This document shows, in pieces, positions 1 through 13,499 of a stretch of DNA of 64,000 nt. This DNA comes from Rhina ancylostomus. Taxonomy: Eukaryota. Position 1 is the stretch's first letter. Each line of letters opens with the position of its first letter. Both the position numbers and the translations under genes were made by a program. The notes beneath the pieces were generated by a model, which saw nothing but the letters and a program-made list of their open reading frames with translations, was not told the DNA's origin and made no database searches. The stretch spans positions 30,718,978 to 30,782,977 of the forward strand of contig JARFYF010000001.1 of the NCBI GenBank assembly GCA_030265395.1. The letters run 5' to 3'.

Positions 1-357
1 TTCTCACAAGCCAACATCCCCATAATTGAGGCCCTAGTGGCACTCAGCTCCATTGAGCAAACCATGTCACACACCTGAAAAATATACTCTATTTTGAACT
101 CTACCACAAGAAGATACTGCCAGGCAGACAGAGGAAAATATACAAGGATGTGCTCAAAGCATCCTTGAAAAAAAGCAACAACTCCATCGACTTGGGATTT
201 CTAGGCTTGTGACCAGACTGGAGAAGAAACACTTGGGCTGATATTGAGAACCTTGAGGGGGGTAGGGTCTGTGATTCTCACATTGGCCTCATCAATCAGC
301 TCATAACCTGCAAGACCTGAGTGGAGGCAAGTCATCCTCAATCCCAAGGAAATGCCT
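1..357 (+). mobile_element. RTE-clade LINE 3' end, decayed
   Basis: Manual translation across frameshifts gives SQANIPIIEALVAL...LYFELYHKKILPGRQRKIYKDVLKASLKK...IGLINQL. This matches the RTE ORF C-terminal pattern (IPSIEA..LYSEL..G.QRKR.KD.LKASL...IGL.SH). Confidence 0.75.
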
Positions 358-458
358 CGTGAGAAGACTGCCTTCAATAAAGAATGATCTAGGTATAACA
401 CTGCCTCTTATCTGCTTTTCAAGAAGCAACTCAAAGAAACTTACAGAACTTAAATTCA

Positions 459-978
459 TGTTAAGTTTCTGCCACTTGAGGGAAAGTAGGTTAAGCTTAA
501 GGAACAGGTTAAAAGGTATAATTTCCACACCATTATAGATAGACTGTTAGATTGCTTGGTTTGTGGAAACCATTTAATGCAGTGGAGAAAGCATTCAAGA
601 GAAAAGGTGAAATAGCTACCAGTGTGNNNNNNNNNNNNNNNNNNNNNNNNNNNNNNNNNNNNNNNNNNNNNNNNNNNNNNNNNNNNNNNNNNNNNNNNNN
701 NNNNNNNNNNNNNNNNNTTTTTTACCGATATCTGATGTTTGAAACTTTATGTAAACAATTGCCTGTGTAAGTGTAGTTTCTCACATAGCTTTCCCATGAA
801 ATGGGGTATAAAATACTGTAGCCAAGCCTTCTTTGAGTGGGTTTCAGTATAGAATTAGAGTTACATGGTTCACTCTGCCTCTATTCTCCCACTCGTGAAA
901 GCTAATAAAGCATTTTTCATGAGTTCTTTGGTTCTGCTGTTATCTGATTCTTTCCAGAAGCACGGGCCAACTTTAACA
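459..978 (+). mobile_element. Possible LTR-like element (tentative)
   Basis: Termini TGTTAAG and CTTTAACA, TATAAAA at 807, AATAAA at 904. No convincing TSD, and it contains an N gap. Confidence 0.3.
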
Positions 979-1027
979 ACCATGCACTTTAATTTTGCAC
1001 ACTAACACTTCAATTTGGTGCAAGCCT

Positions 1028-1941
1028 TGATCAGCAAGTTTACAGATGACATGAAATTGGGTTGTGTTGTCGATAGTGAAGAAGGTTATTGTAGATTACA
1101 GGAGGGTCTTAATTGGTTAGAGAAGTGGGCTGAGGAGTGGCAAATGGATTTCAATACAAATAAGTGTAAGATTATGTAATTTGGAAATTCAAACCAGAGT
1201 AGGACTTATACTATGAATGGTGGGGCACTAGGGAGTGTAATGGAACAGAGGTACCTTGGAGAACAAGTGCATAGCTCATTAAAAATCAGCATCACAGGCA
1301 GACAGGGTGGTGAAAAAGGCATTTAGCACACTGACCTTCAGTCAGGGCATTGAGAATGGGAGTTAGAACATTATGTTGCAGTTGTATAAGTTGTTAGTGA
1401 GGCTGCAATTACTGTACTGTATATATGTTTTGGTCATCACATTATAGAAAATACACAGTTAAACTGGAAGGACTGCAGAGAAAATTTACAAGGATGCTGC
1501 CAGGACTACAAGACCTGAGTTATAGGGAGAGGTTGGCCAGGTTCAGTCTTTATTCCTTGGAACATAGGAGAATGCAGGGCAACCTTATGGAAATGTTTAA
1601 AAATATGAGAAGCATAGATAAGGTAACAGTCTTTTCTTCAGGGTAGAGAATCCCAAACTACATGGCAAAGGTCTAGGTGTGATGGAAAAGACTTAAAAGG
1701 GATCTGAGGGGCAACTTTTTCCACAGAGGGTGGTGGGTATATGGAATGAGCTGCCAGAGGAAGTTTTTTTGGCAGATACAATAGTATCATTTAAGAAGGA
1801 CTTGGATAGGTACATTGAGGGGCAAGGCATGGAGGGATATGGGCCAAATGCAGAAAATTGAGACTAGCTGGGTGGTTATTGTGGTTGGCATGAACTGGTT
1901 GGTCCAAAGGGCCTGTATCTGTGCTATATTGCTCTGACTCT
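1028..1941 (+). mobile_element. CR1 LINE, RT C-terminus plus 3' UTR
   Basis: ISKFTDDMKLG (FADD-type motif) near 1030. ORF 1425-1646 (FWSSHYRK..LEGLQRKFTRMLPGL..LSYRERL) is typical of the CR1 ORF2 end. Tail is ggcctgtatctgtgctatattgctctgactcta. Confidence 0.9.
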
Positions 1942-2384
1942 AACCTGTTGTGTGGAATTTTACACAAATTTTTCTGAAAAACTAAAGTGCATCACATCTA
2001 CAGGCTCTCTTGTCTATCCTACCAGTTATATTCTCAAAAGCCTTCAATAGTTTTTCAAACATAATTCCCCTTTTAGAAGTCCATGTGACTTGTTTAAGGT
2101 ATTCTGTTCTGTCATTCTGTATAATAGACTAGGTCACGTTAGGCACCAGTAGTTTCCTATCTGCTTTCCCCCTCCTTTAAGTAGTAGGATTACATTTTGC
2201 CATTTCCAATCTGTAGCAACCATCCCATAATCTATAGACTTGTGGAAAATGATAATCTATGCATGCACTATTTCTACACCCTTCATTTGGAGAGAACTTT
2301 TAAGATCTTTCAAAGGATGCTCCAAATGCAATGGATTCATTTAAATACAGTGCAGCCAGAATGTGCAAGATAGACTGAATGCAG

Positions 2385-2492
2385 TTATAGAGTAACAACA
2401 GCATGGAATAGGTTGTGCCAACCAAGGTGCCCATCTAAGCTAGTCCCAGTTGCTCACGTTTGGCCCACATCTCTCGAAACTGTTCCTATCCA
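2385..2492 (-). mobile_element. CR1 3' tail fragment
   Basis: Reverse complement resembles the 3' UTR of the 1028-1941 copy. Confidence 0.6.
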
Positions 2493-3039
2493 TCATGTCA
2501 AAGGCAAATGCAAATATGAAGAAATGGAGATATGAATGGAGATATTGATCCCTCTGTTAGTTTTCAATGTTGACAGTTTAGTGAAAACAAGTGATATCAA
2601 GAAAATAGTCATCCAAAGTATGTAACCTACTGCATACAGTCAAGAAGACATTAATGTTGAGGCATTACTCAGAACAAGATGCAAGACTAGATGTAAATGG
2701 GGCCAACTTGCCAAGACCACCTCTGGAATTACTAGAGCCTGGAGTAGCTTTTCCCAGAGATGGCAGATCCAACTTGCAGTAAAGAGTTCTGTGAAAAAAG
2801 AAACTAAGAAAATTTATAGTTAGTTGAATTTCCAACATTATATTGATCTAAGTATTTAACTGATTACATAAATTCATCTGCATAAATAGTTAATGATGTG
2901 TATGTGTTGATGCTTTCCTAAAGGTTGGCAGTGAGGTGTCTGTCAGTGTAAGAATAGTTTTGAGAACTAAGTATACATATGGTATGACTTTGAAACCATA
3001 TTTTACAAATACTGCTGTTAGTTGAGAGTTACTGGATTT

Positions 3040-3978
3040 TCTATTCAAGTTGGTAGGCTGTGACTAGTGGTGTGACAGGAATCTGTACTTGGGTCCCACA
3101 TTTGATGATATGAAACTAAGTGCAAATACATATAATGATTAGGATGCAAAGCAGCTTTAAGGAGATTTGGGGAAGCGAAGTGGATGAACAACATGGCAAA
3201 TAGAGTACAGTATAGGAAAATGTGAGGTTAAAAAAGTGTTTTTAGAAAAGGAAAAGAAAATTGTGAAAAATACCTATATGTCCTTGTACACAAGTCACTC
3301 ACTGAAAGTTAACATGCAGGTATAGCAGGCAATTAGGAAAGCAAATTGTATGTTGGCCTTTAATGCAAGTGGGTTTGAGTACAAAGGTAGAATTGTCTTA
3401 CTACAATTACATAAGGCATTGGCGAGACCACACCTGGAGTTTTGTGAACAACTTTGGTCTCCTTACCTAAAATTATATACCTGCTATAGAGGAAATGCAG
3501 TAAAGATTTACCAGGCTGGTTCATGGAATGGCAGGTCTGTCATAAGAGTAATTAAATAGGTTAGGCCTCTATTCTTAGAATAGAAGATTGGAGGTGACTT
3601 CATTGAACTGCACTACATTTTTAGAGAGCTCAACAGGACAGGTGTGGGAGGAAGCTTCTTCTGATGGAAGATTCAGAGCTAAGGCTCCTAAGAACTCTCA
3701 AAATAAGGGGAAGGCAATTTAGGACTCAGGGTAGTGAATCATTAGAATTCCCTACCTGAAGCTCTATGGGGCTCAGCCATTGATTGTGTTCAAAACCTAG
3801 ATCAATAAATTTCTAAATAATGAAAGATTCAAGGGCTAAGGGCATAAGGCAGGAAAATTATGTTTAAGGTAAACAATCAGCCATGAACTTGCTGCAATGT
3901 TGATCTTCTACCATAAACACCATTTTAGGTAGAACCTCAGCCATATAGAAAGGGCCCAATCAAGCTCCTATGTTATGG
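3040..3978 (+). mobile_element. CR1 LINE, decayed 3' portion
   Basis: VTSGV motif near 3060 and ORF 3350-3559 (LLQLHKALARPHLEFCEQLWSPYLK). Confidence 0.85.
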
Positions 3979-4707
3979 TATAGCTCTACCTATGGTATCG
4001 TCTTGTTCAATAAACACAGAAGAACCTATTGATGTTACACTATCTGCATTCAGAAGTTCAAATGGTAGGTCATTTCCACAAATACTTGTACTGTTGTACG
4101 CCCTGTGGTTGCAAGATAATTGTAGGTTCCTGCTGCAGCTTTTGATATAATTTTACCTTCACAGTTACTGCTGGTGCTAAAAGTTGCAGGGCATTTGTTC
4201 TTTGATTGTTATCACAGGCTACATTCAATGTTAAATTATATCAAGTGATTAAATAACAAGAAGTTTAATTTTTGAACATTTTCCTAATAATTTAATCATT
4301 CTGGCTGCAATAGTGCCACTAAGCAAACATTTGGTAATGGCACCTTTGTATGAAGAGGTAGAATTTCATTTAACACTCATTGTCAGATGTAAGAGTCAGT
4401 TCTACATTGCTTTAACACTAGTAAGCTTTAAATGAAAATTAATGATTGTTACACAGGCTACAAATAAATACCTCTGAAATATAAAAGAAAATTAAGGGAT
4501 TACACTTATATAGAAGTCACTTTCTGATATCATTAATCTCAATTGCAGTCTACAGTTCTACACAGCCAAGCTTATGTGAATATCCCAAACTCTTTCAAAC
4601 TGTTCTTTGGAGAATATGGCAAGAACAATTGATTTCTCAAAACATCTGCATATTTGAGTTTCACAAAAGACCCAGTGGACCATATTCTTGCTTTGTAAAC
4701 CTAGTTT

Positions 4708-5062
4708 TGTCACAATGTTGATCAAGAGCAAACACAGAGAACCCAAATGCAGCACACCAATACAAGACTGGAATCAGGATACTTCCTCAGGACAAACACA
4801 GGCAGTAACNNNNNNNNNNNNNNNNNNNNNNNNNNNNNNNNNNNNNNNNNNNNNNNNNNNNNNNNNNNNNNNNNNNNNNNNNNNNNNNNNNNNNNNNNNN
4901 NNNNNNNNNGCAACTAGTGCTAGAGAAACACAGGTACTTATGCTAGGCCCCTGATGGGGCTCAGGTGTGTATTGTTATGCAATCAGCCTAGCATGGAATC
5001 CATGTGCTAGACAACAAGGCATTAATGGAGCCAAATGAGGGCCAGAACTCAGAACCATGACA
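4708..5062 (-). mobile_element. Solo LTR, Gypsy-like, with 5-bp TSD
   Basis: Termini TGTCAC and ATGACA, flanked by the identical 5-mer AGTTT (4703-4707 and 5063-5067). The minus strand has ctgcatttgggttc near its 3' end, as in fish Gypsy LTRs. Internal N gap. Confidence 0.75.
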
Positions 5063-6779
5063 AGTTTAACATAGAAATTATAATTCAAGTGGAAGTTCAA
5101 TAATTATTTTAAGTTTTCCTAAGTTGTTTCAAGGGATACACAGTCTTCAAATGGATGCATGAGTCTGTACTATGCATACTCTGAACCATTCAGCTGGCAT
5201 AGTTTTCAGCTCATTAGATATCTCCTACACATGATTTCATGATTAGGCTTTGAGGACAGAGATGAAATGAAGAAAAGAAGCAAAAAATATCTGAAACAGT
5301 TAAGTTCAAATAAGGTCTGGATTCTCCCCTTTCCATTAGAATTGAGCTAAGGTAGAATTTTTATCCTTCTTTCTGACCATGCCATGATCCCATTCTGTTT
5401 TCTTGGTTCAGGATCAAATAAGGAGTCAATCTTGGCAACACCAGAAATGGATTAACCAAAGTTAAAGGTAGTTGGAATCCCTAAATGATTAAGGATGGGA
5501 ATTTGGAAAAAACTTGACAAATTAATGTTTCAACACAATATACTAGATCAAGAGAAACTGCCTGCTTGCCAGTCTTCCTGCCTTTACATTCCAAGTTTTC
5601 CATATGACCTTCTTCTTTCTGGGCTCATGATCATTGGTACTATAGGACTTGAAGAAATCTTCTACATCTACTCTCTCAGTAATCTCTCATGATGTTAGTG
5701 GTAGTTAAGCAATATCCATCTCAGTGAATGGTAATCAGGGTGTAACTGGGGGTTGGGATAGGGTTTGTAGAAAATTTTCATGGCTAATTTTAGTAGCATA
5801 GCATACATCGCTATTCTAATTTAGTAAGGATACCCAGTCCAGGCTGCTCATGAACAAAGAATTCTTGGAGAAGAATATGTCCAGGAAGCAAAAGCAGAAA
5901 TGCAACAAATAAAAGGAGCAGAAGAAGAAGGAAAGAGGGACAATTTTTTTAAAATGTCATGTCGAGACATAAGGACACACACAGTGAGATTAGAGTTTCT
6001 TAAACAGAGAGTAACATGAGGAAAAGGCAGAACTTTATCTGGAAACAGTTTTACATTGATAAATTACTTTGACACATGATATGACAAGCCCATATAATTC
6101 TTATATCATGGTGATATGTTAGTGTTGTAGTATGTCAGAGTAAGTAACACGTCAAAATTGTGACATAAAGATACATCATTATCAAATGTCATGACAGTGA
6201 CAGGTGCTGTGACATCCTGAAGTGGTTATAAGAGATGAGGTACCATCCAGGTTGAAGATGAACATATTGTAATAACCACGCTAAGTCTCTTTGCAAAACA
6301 TTAGCATCCAGGATGAAATGTGTGTTGATTTTTTATGAGAAAAAAATTAATTCAATAATGGGTCAAGCAGTAAAGCTTAAATAATTTTCTGTTGCTGATT
6401 TTTCTCAGGCTAGCATACAGAGCTAAATGTAAATGGGTCAAGTTATCACTGTTCTTTATTTGCACTCCTGTTATAACTCTATTTGAATACTAAGAGAAAG
6501 CCATTACTAAGTTCTGAGGAGGGAAGGTTGCTGAAGTTCTTTTTCCAAGTGGCCTCCACACTGCACTGCAGGATGCCGTTGAGTTTTTAATCTCCCGAAT
6601 GAAAAAGGAACATATGGGAGCCCAGATCTTGGTCATTTAATATTGGAAATCTAACAGGTTTCCTCTATAACTTTCTAACCTTCTTACTGGGGCTTCTGAT
6701 AATTGTGTGTGTCAAAGTGCTGTGGGATTTGGTTATCACATTGATTCTGTGCAGCTACAACACCAGTACAGATTGGAAT

Positions 6780-7420
6780 TATAGAAATGTAGAAAATTAA
6801 TGACCCAGAAGGAAGGAAGCCATTCAGTCTGTTGTATCCATGCTTACTGCAAAAGAAATACCAAACCTAATCCAACCTGCCAGCCCCAGACATCTTGGAG
6901 GTTACAGTTTTTCAAGTGCACATCCAAGTGTGTTTTTCAAAGTTAGAGGGTTTCTGCTTCTGCCTCCCTTTCAAGCAATGAATTCCAGACCCCTTGCATC
7001 TTCTGGGTAAAAATATTTTTCCTCATTTCTATTCTAACCTTTTTATCATTTACNNNNNNNNNNNNNNNNNNNNNNNNNNNNNNNNNNNNNNNNNNNNNNN
7101 NNNNNNNNNNNNNNNNNNNNNNNNNNNNNNNNNNNNNNNNNNNNNNNNNNNNNNNNNNNNNNNNNNNNNNNNNNNNNNNNNNNNNNNNNNNNNNNNNNNN
7201 NNNNNNNNNNNNNNNNNNNNNNNNNNNNNNNNNNNNNNNNNNNNNNNNNNNNNNNNNNNNNTATATGCAGTACTCAAGCTGTAGTCCAACAAATTTGTAT
7301 ACAATTGCAGCATAAGTTCCCTGCTCTCATATTCTGTGGATCAGCTAATAAAGAGAAGCATCCCATATATATTTCAACCACCTTATCAACATGTCGTCCT
7401 AACTTTAAGGATCTGTGGAC
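6780..7420 (-). mobile_element. CR1 3' fragment spanning an N gap
   Basis: Inverted CR1 tail (atagaaatgtagaaaatt...gccattcag) followed by inverted ORF2-like sequence. Confidence 0.6.
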
Positions 7421-7774
7421 TTTTTTCATTATGGAGGTATTTACCCTGAATCTCTTGAATCTTCTTGAATGCCTCCTTTGCTCTGAGACTGATTTACCTT
7501 TGTTACTATTTCCATATCATTTTTTCTTAATCACTTCCTAATCTAGAAATTTGGCCTCCCCCACACTGGAGCATTTACTCCTGTTTTATCTTTGTCCTTT
7601 TCCATAGCTATGCTAAATCTAACCAAATTATAATCACTGGCACAAAAAATGCTCTCACTTGCCCAGCTTCATTTTCTAAAACTAAATCCAGAACTACCCC
7701 ATTGCTAAAGCCAATCTAGACTATACTAAACACACTTCTTTCATCCAATCAGCTTGTCATTCATCACTTCAACC

Positions 7775-7850
7775 TAATACATTAACTCTATTTCTCTTTC
7801 CACAGATGTTGCATGCCCTGCTGAGTGTTTCTAGCATTTTCTGTTTTTAT
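7775..7850 (+). mobile_element. Penelope-like terminal repeat remnant
   Basis: tccacagatgttgcatgccctgctgagtgtttctagcattttctgtttttatt; the same unit recurs throughout the window. Confidence 0.6.
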
Positions 7851-9189
7851 TCTGCCTTCACCCCATTAAACTTTTACTTGGCCTGTTAAATACTTTCAAT
7901 AAAAAAAATCTCTTGAAAACAATTTAGGAATTCTCAATAATTTTTGCAGTTATTGCATCCCTGTTAGTACTGGAATAGTTGATATCCTCACTACAATTGT
8001 TCAATTGTTCTTGCTTGTCACAAGTTTGCTCTTCTATCTCCCTCAAACTGTTTGGTCTACAGTACATTTAAAGTAGTGTAGTTACCCTTCTTTTGTTCTT
8101 TAGTTCACCCATAATGCCTCATTTGATGACCTTCATAACATATCATCCTTTCTCGCAACTGTGATTACTTTTCTAAACAATATTACAATTCCCAAAACAT
8201 CTCCTCCTTATTTCATGTAATGAGAACAATCACANNNNNNNNNNNNNNNNNNNNNNNNNNNCTTGCAAAACAGAACCTAATGAAAACAAACAATATTCAT
8301 TTTTCCAGTACTTTAAGCCAGAAAATAACATTTCAAAATGGATGATATTTTTTGGGTTGGGATTTCAGACAAATCTGAGTTATCTTTTGTGTGGAAAAGG
8401 GAAAGTATATGTTTTTATATACTAATTCAAGATGGTTCGAAGTACTTCACAACTGATGAAGTACTCTTGAATTGCAGACACTAGAGAAATGCTGCAGTCA
8501 ATTTGGCCAAACTAACTCTTGGTGCTGATATTCAACATTGAAGCCACAGTCAATGTGAATCAGAAAATGAGTGTCAGTAGGCAGGAGGAAATTATTCTTT
8601 GGCAGTGTCTCTTTGGTATTTTAACTGTACCACTGATGTGGCTGAAGGGATTAGGCTTCTCGTGAGAACTGAAACTTCAGATTTAATGGTATCACTGGGC
8701 ACTGTTTTACAACCTCAGGTTGTGCTGTGGATAAATTGGAGCAGCTTTTCAAGAAACTGTATGGGCATATTTATCTGGTACCTAGATCTGGTAGATATAC
8801 TACAAGGATGATCTTCTGTCTCATGGTGATATGAGCTAAAATAGACACTGCTATATATTATGACGTGAACAATATTCATATTGGCAGAGGTTGCTAAGAT
8901 CATAGTGCTCATCAAATTTAGTGCAGGGGACCGGTACAACGTCCCCCTGTTTTCATAACACTGTTGAGTTAGGGAGTCATAGATACTCACAACGGGATTG
9001 CAGGCTTTCCAGTGAAGCAGAAGGCTAATGGCTCTACTTATTTCACACTGCTGGCTTTATGGGTGATCAACTGGAAAGCTTTCCACTCCTTGAGTAAACA
9101 GTAGTTGTGTGACCATGAACAGCCCATCACAATGATAAGTACATGATATCCTGTTGGCAGTCATAGTTCAGTCATTCTCGACTAGTCCA

Positions 9190-9770
9190 CATTATGTTGC
9201 AACTTCACAAAACACTAGTTAAACTGCACTTAGAGTATTGGGTGCAATTCTGGTCGCTACACCATAGGAAGGATGTACTTTTGTTGGAGAGAGTACAGAG
9301 GAGATTCACTAGGATGTTGTCAGGATTGGAGAACTTTAGTTATGTGGAGAGATTGGATAGGCTGGGTTTGTTTTCCCTTGTGTGAAGGAGGCTGAGGGAT
9401 GACTTGATAGAGGTATATAAAAATTATAAGCATAGGAAGGGTAGATAGTTGAAATCTTTTTCCCATGATAAGGGTATCAACAACAAGAGGGCATAATCTG
9501 AAAGTATGAGGAAGGAATTTTAAAGGGGATTAGGGGAAAGATATTTTGCAGAAGGTGGCTGATATCTGGAACTCACTGCCAGGGGAGATCATGGAGTCAA
9601 ATATAATTGCTATGTTTAAAAGATATTGAGACAGGCAATTAAATAGGCAAGGCATAAAAGAACATAGACCTAATGCAGCCAAATGGAATTAGTGTAGCTG
9701 AGCAAAAAGATGGGCGTGGATGTGGTAGGTTGAAGGACCCATTTCTGTGCTGTACATCTCTATGACTCTA
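9190..9770 (+). mobile_element. CR1 LINE 3' end
   Basis: ORF 9194-9385 (LHKTLVKLHLEYWVQFWSLHHRKDVLLLERVQRRFTRML) and tail ctgtgctgtacatctctatgactcta. Confidence 0.9.
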
Positions 9771-10067
9771 CAAAGACTGAATAAGTTCTGTCATCAAATT
9801 TGGACTTCATTCAGAACCAAATGCCAGGAAAGCAGTAATTTTACTTTGCATCATTGTGCATCCAGTTACTGCTGACATTTACATCATGAATCAGTAGTCA
9901 TGTTACTAGAGAAAAAAATAAACTTTTAGCAACTTTCTACTTGCATTTATGCTTCATTAGCTAATTATGGAATGATTTGATTTCAAAAGATATGTAATGT
10001 CTGCAGATCAATGGCATCAAAGTAGTTCGTTTTGAAACACAATCCATTAATATACAAATGCAAGCAA

Positions 10068-10285
10068 AAAGCAAAAATTTGTAGATGCTGAAAATCTAAA
10101 CTAAAGACAGAAAATGCAAGTACTCAGCTGATCATGCAGCATCTGTGGATATAGAAACACTGAGTCAATGTTTCAGGTTGGTGACCTTTCATGAGAACTA
10201 GCCAGTTCCAATACAAAAACTGGAAAAGAGTATTATCTGAAATCGCTGAATTCAACATGTTTTTCTAAGGGTCATAAAGTGTCCT
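10068..10285 (-). mobile_element. Penelope-like terminal repeat with degenerate hammerhead motif
   Basis: Minus strand 10199-10163 reads agtt-CTCATGA-a-aggt-cacca-acct-GAAA-catt-gact. Confidence 0.65.
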
Positions 10286-10289
10286 TTGT

Positions 10290-10665
10290 AACAGTGGAGG
10301 CTGAGGGGAGACTTAATTGAGATACATAAAATTTTGAGACGCCTAGAAGACTAAGTAGGAAATACCTATTTCCCTTCACAAAAAGCATAGATGTAAAGTT
10401 ATTGGTAGAAGGTTTTGAGTGGAAAAGAGGAAAATGTTTTCACCCAGAGGGTGGCAGTAATATGAAACTCACTACCTGATAGGGAGATGGAAACACAAAC
10501 CCTTATCGCATTTAAACAATCCCCAGGTGTGGACTTAAAGAGCTGTGAACAGCAGGGCTATGGACCCTCCACACAAAGGTGGGGTTAGACTGGAGAGCTC
10601 CTTTTCAACCAGCACAGACATGATAGACTGAATGGTCTCCTTCAGTGTTGTGAGATTAGTATGAC
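10290..10665 (+). mobile_element. CR1 3' end
   Basis: ggaggctgaggggagacttaattgag (RLRGDLIE) through to the tail gactgaatggtctccttc. Confidence 0.75.
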
Positions 10666-11114
10666 TCATTGAGCATGTTAGTACAATTTGCCCAGACATC
10701 CTACGATCATCTATCAAACCTTTTGCTTGGATATGTGACCACTCATTATAGGTTTGCTCTCAATTTATAAATTCTGTGAGATGGTTTTCCTGTTGTTGTA
10801 TTTACTCTTCAGTCCTTTGAGTATCAAGCATATTAAAATAAAGTCATTTTTTCTGGTGTATCATTGGAATATATCTTGGAATTTTTTTAATGAACAGTGA
10901 GACCTACACCATAATATTCATATTTTTATGGCATCAATATTAAGATCAAAAATATGCTTGAAAATTCTGTACATAATGTCTTTGGATGAATAAATGAATT
11001 AAATCTAATTTTTATAAAAAGAAAAAAAATACATGGTGTGACTTTCTTTGAGTCGCTCTATTCCACTGATTTACAAGCACTTCCATTTAGATATATGCAA
11101 ACAATATTTACGAG

Positions 11115-11335
11115 CTGAAAATCAAAAAGCTGCAGATGTGAATATGCTGTCAAAATTCATTAGGTCAGGCAGTATTTGTGGAAAGAGAGAGAGTTACCAC
11201 TTCAGACAAACTATTTTCTATCTTTGCCAGTTCTGACAAACTGTCTCTGATCTGAAACATTAACTGTTTTTCTTTCCACAGATGCTGTCTGACCTGCTGA
11301 GTGTTTCCAGCACTTTTTGTTTTTATTTCAAAATT
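11115..11335. mobile_element. Inverted pair of Penelope-like terminal repeats
   Basis: About 11115-11205 is on the minus strand and 11225-11335 on the plus strand. The plus copy has cagtt-CTGACAA...GAAA-catt-aactg. Confidence 0.65.
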
Positions 11336-12489
11336 CACAGAACATTTGAGTACAACTTGACATCATTAGAATGGGCACAAGAAGAAATGAATTATAGTCC
11401 AATCTCTGGAGTTGCGTGCACATTGCAAATTCCTGGGAAAAGTGCTTTCATCTGCATTTTATTGAATAGTACTATGGCTTCAAAGTTAATGACATAGAAA
11501 TTGGACATGTTGCTCCCATTTCCCAGTTGGAAAATGTGTGTAAATAACACCAGCCTCTGCCCAAATAACTTCCAAGGTCAAATTGGATGGAATATTTTGG
11601 GCAACAGATTCTCTGGCTGGTACCTATAGCAGATGCTAGGGTTTGAAATGTGAAAGAATATGCCCTATGAACCAAACCAGACGTCTGTTTAAATTAAGCA
11701 GAGCAGTATGTTCCATTGAAGTTCCCAAGGCATTCAAAGTGGCCCAACCAGCAGTCTACATTTTAACTGCTGGCCACTGCCAGCATGAATATCTTCTCCT
11801 CATAGTTATGACATGGATAATGCTGTCTGAATCTGCATTATGTTATTGGATATTTTGGGATATAGTTTGATCTTTTGATTATTCCCTCGGACATCTCCTG
11901 GAGCTACAATTCATGGTTGTGTTTAGAGCTAAGATAGCAACAGTTTGAGATTGTAGGCCCATAATCTGTGCTCCCAATCAGAACTGAGACATCAGCCTTC
12001 AAGTGTTTCATTATGGTACAGGTGGTTCTCCGCTGGAGTTGGATATCCATTCCACATTGGGTAAAACTGACATTACACTATTCTTATCCCTGGTTCCAAC
12101 ACACTTGTTTCTGATGATCCACCAGATGCACACCTCTAAATTACATCAGTTGTCAGTATCTGAGCTGATGGCTATGACAGTGAAATTGAGTGCTGGCAAT
12201 TCTCCATCTCTGCTGTCTTCTTTTGCCACCTGGGCTGCTTGTCATTCTTCATGAAAAAATTAGGAGATAATGGCAGTGATGTGTTGAGGAACTGGGGGGA
12301 AGCAATCAATGAATGCCTACACTAGCAGCAACTTTTGTAAGATGTAAGACAAGAGAAGGAGGATTAGGAATATGCATAATCTTTAATGGCAACAGCCTAC
12401 TGAAGCATTTCATCAAGTGGCTTTCCCATCATGGCCTGTACCTTCTTCTCCATGGGCTTTGCTCCCAAAAATACCCATTACACAATTAA

Positions 12490-12628
12490 GATTTTAAAAT
12501 ATTTATTTATTAATCACATGCACATCAAAACTCAGTGAAATGCATCTTTTTGTGTTACTGAGAATGTGCTGGGGGCAGCCCACAAGTGTTGTCTCTCTCG
12601 TAGCACTAACATAGCATGACCACAGCTG
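12490..12628 (-). mobile_element. SINE 3' fragment, same family as 45272-45428
   Basis: Reverse complement aligns by eye to gcatgctatgttggcgcc...gatgcatttcactgtgtgtttcgatgtacatgtgactaa. Confidence 0.65.
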
Positions 12629-12779
12629 TGCTCACTTGGTATGAGCCATAAATTTCCCTGCTTTTAGTTCCTAGTGTGTCGTTTTGTGTGCCATTGTCTC
12701 CTTCAAAACAACAAGAAATGTATCAGTGATTGTCATGTATATGTTTTGATTGAATAGCTAGCATTTGTTGCATCTCATT

Positions 12780-13100
12780 CCCCCATCCATCACTGATATA
12801 GATTGACAACAGCTAGAACCCCAGCACTGATCCTTGTGCCACCTAATGCATCACAACCTGAAAATGACTCATATTTCCTTCTCTCCATCTTCTCACCAGT
12901 CCCCAGTCCACGCAGTATATAACACTCAATACTAATTTTAATAATTTGTATAGTACCTACTCTGCTCATTACAATTTCAGAAAACACTAATGAATTTCTC
13001 AAACATAATTTCCTTTTCATAAGTTCCATGTTGACTCTACTCAATTCTATATTATGATTTTCTACGTACCCAATACACTTCCTTAATAATTCCAGTATCT
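12780..13100 (-). mobile_element. CR1 RT fragment, decayed
   Basis: Minus ORF 12790-13044 resembles the CR1 RT region (GF.K.K.CL.N...F.E; inverted QGSVLG-type segment). Confidence 0.6.
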
Positions 13101-13499
13101 TCTGTACTATTCTGGAGTATTGGGTATAGTTTTGGTCTTATTTAAGCAAGGACATTAATGCATGGGGATTATTTAAGAGAAGAAATCTCTGGATAAACAT
13201 GCAAACTACATCAGACACAGAAAATTTAATATCCAAATATCTGTGATATTAAACTCTTAAACATGGCATAGTCTCTCAGATGTACCTCTTAGCTGACACA
13301 AATAATTTATGTGAATGAAAGTGGATAACCACCATGCCACATATAGGGTGCATAAACACATAGAAAATCTGCAGTAACTTGTTTTTCTGGTGGATGAGTG
13401 ACATATTACCCATTGCCTGGAGGCTTTAAATGTACTCCTGGCTGATTCTTTTCTGAGGGGTCTGCTTTAAAATTCTGTAGAAAAGGTTCCTCAACTTCT

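Noticed and set aside
8962-9191. TGTTGAG...GTCCACA segment resembling a short solo LTR
   Set aside because: No TSD, the right end is confounded by the adjacent CR1, and no second copy was seen.
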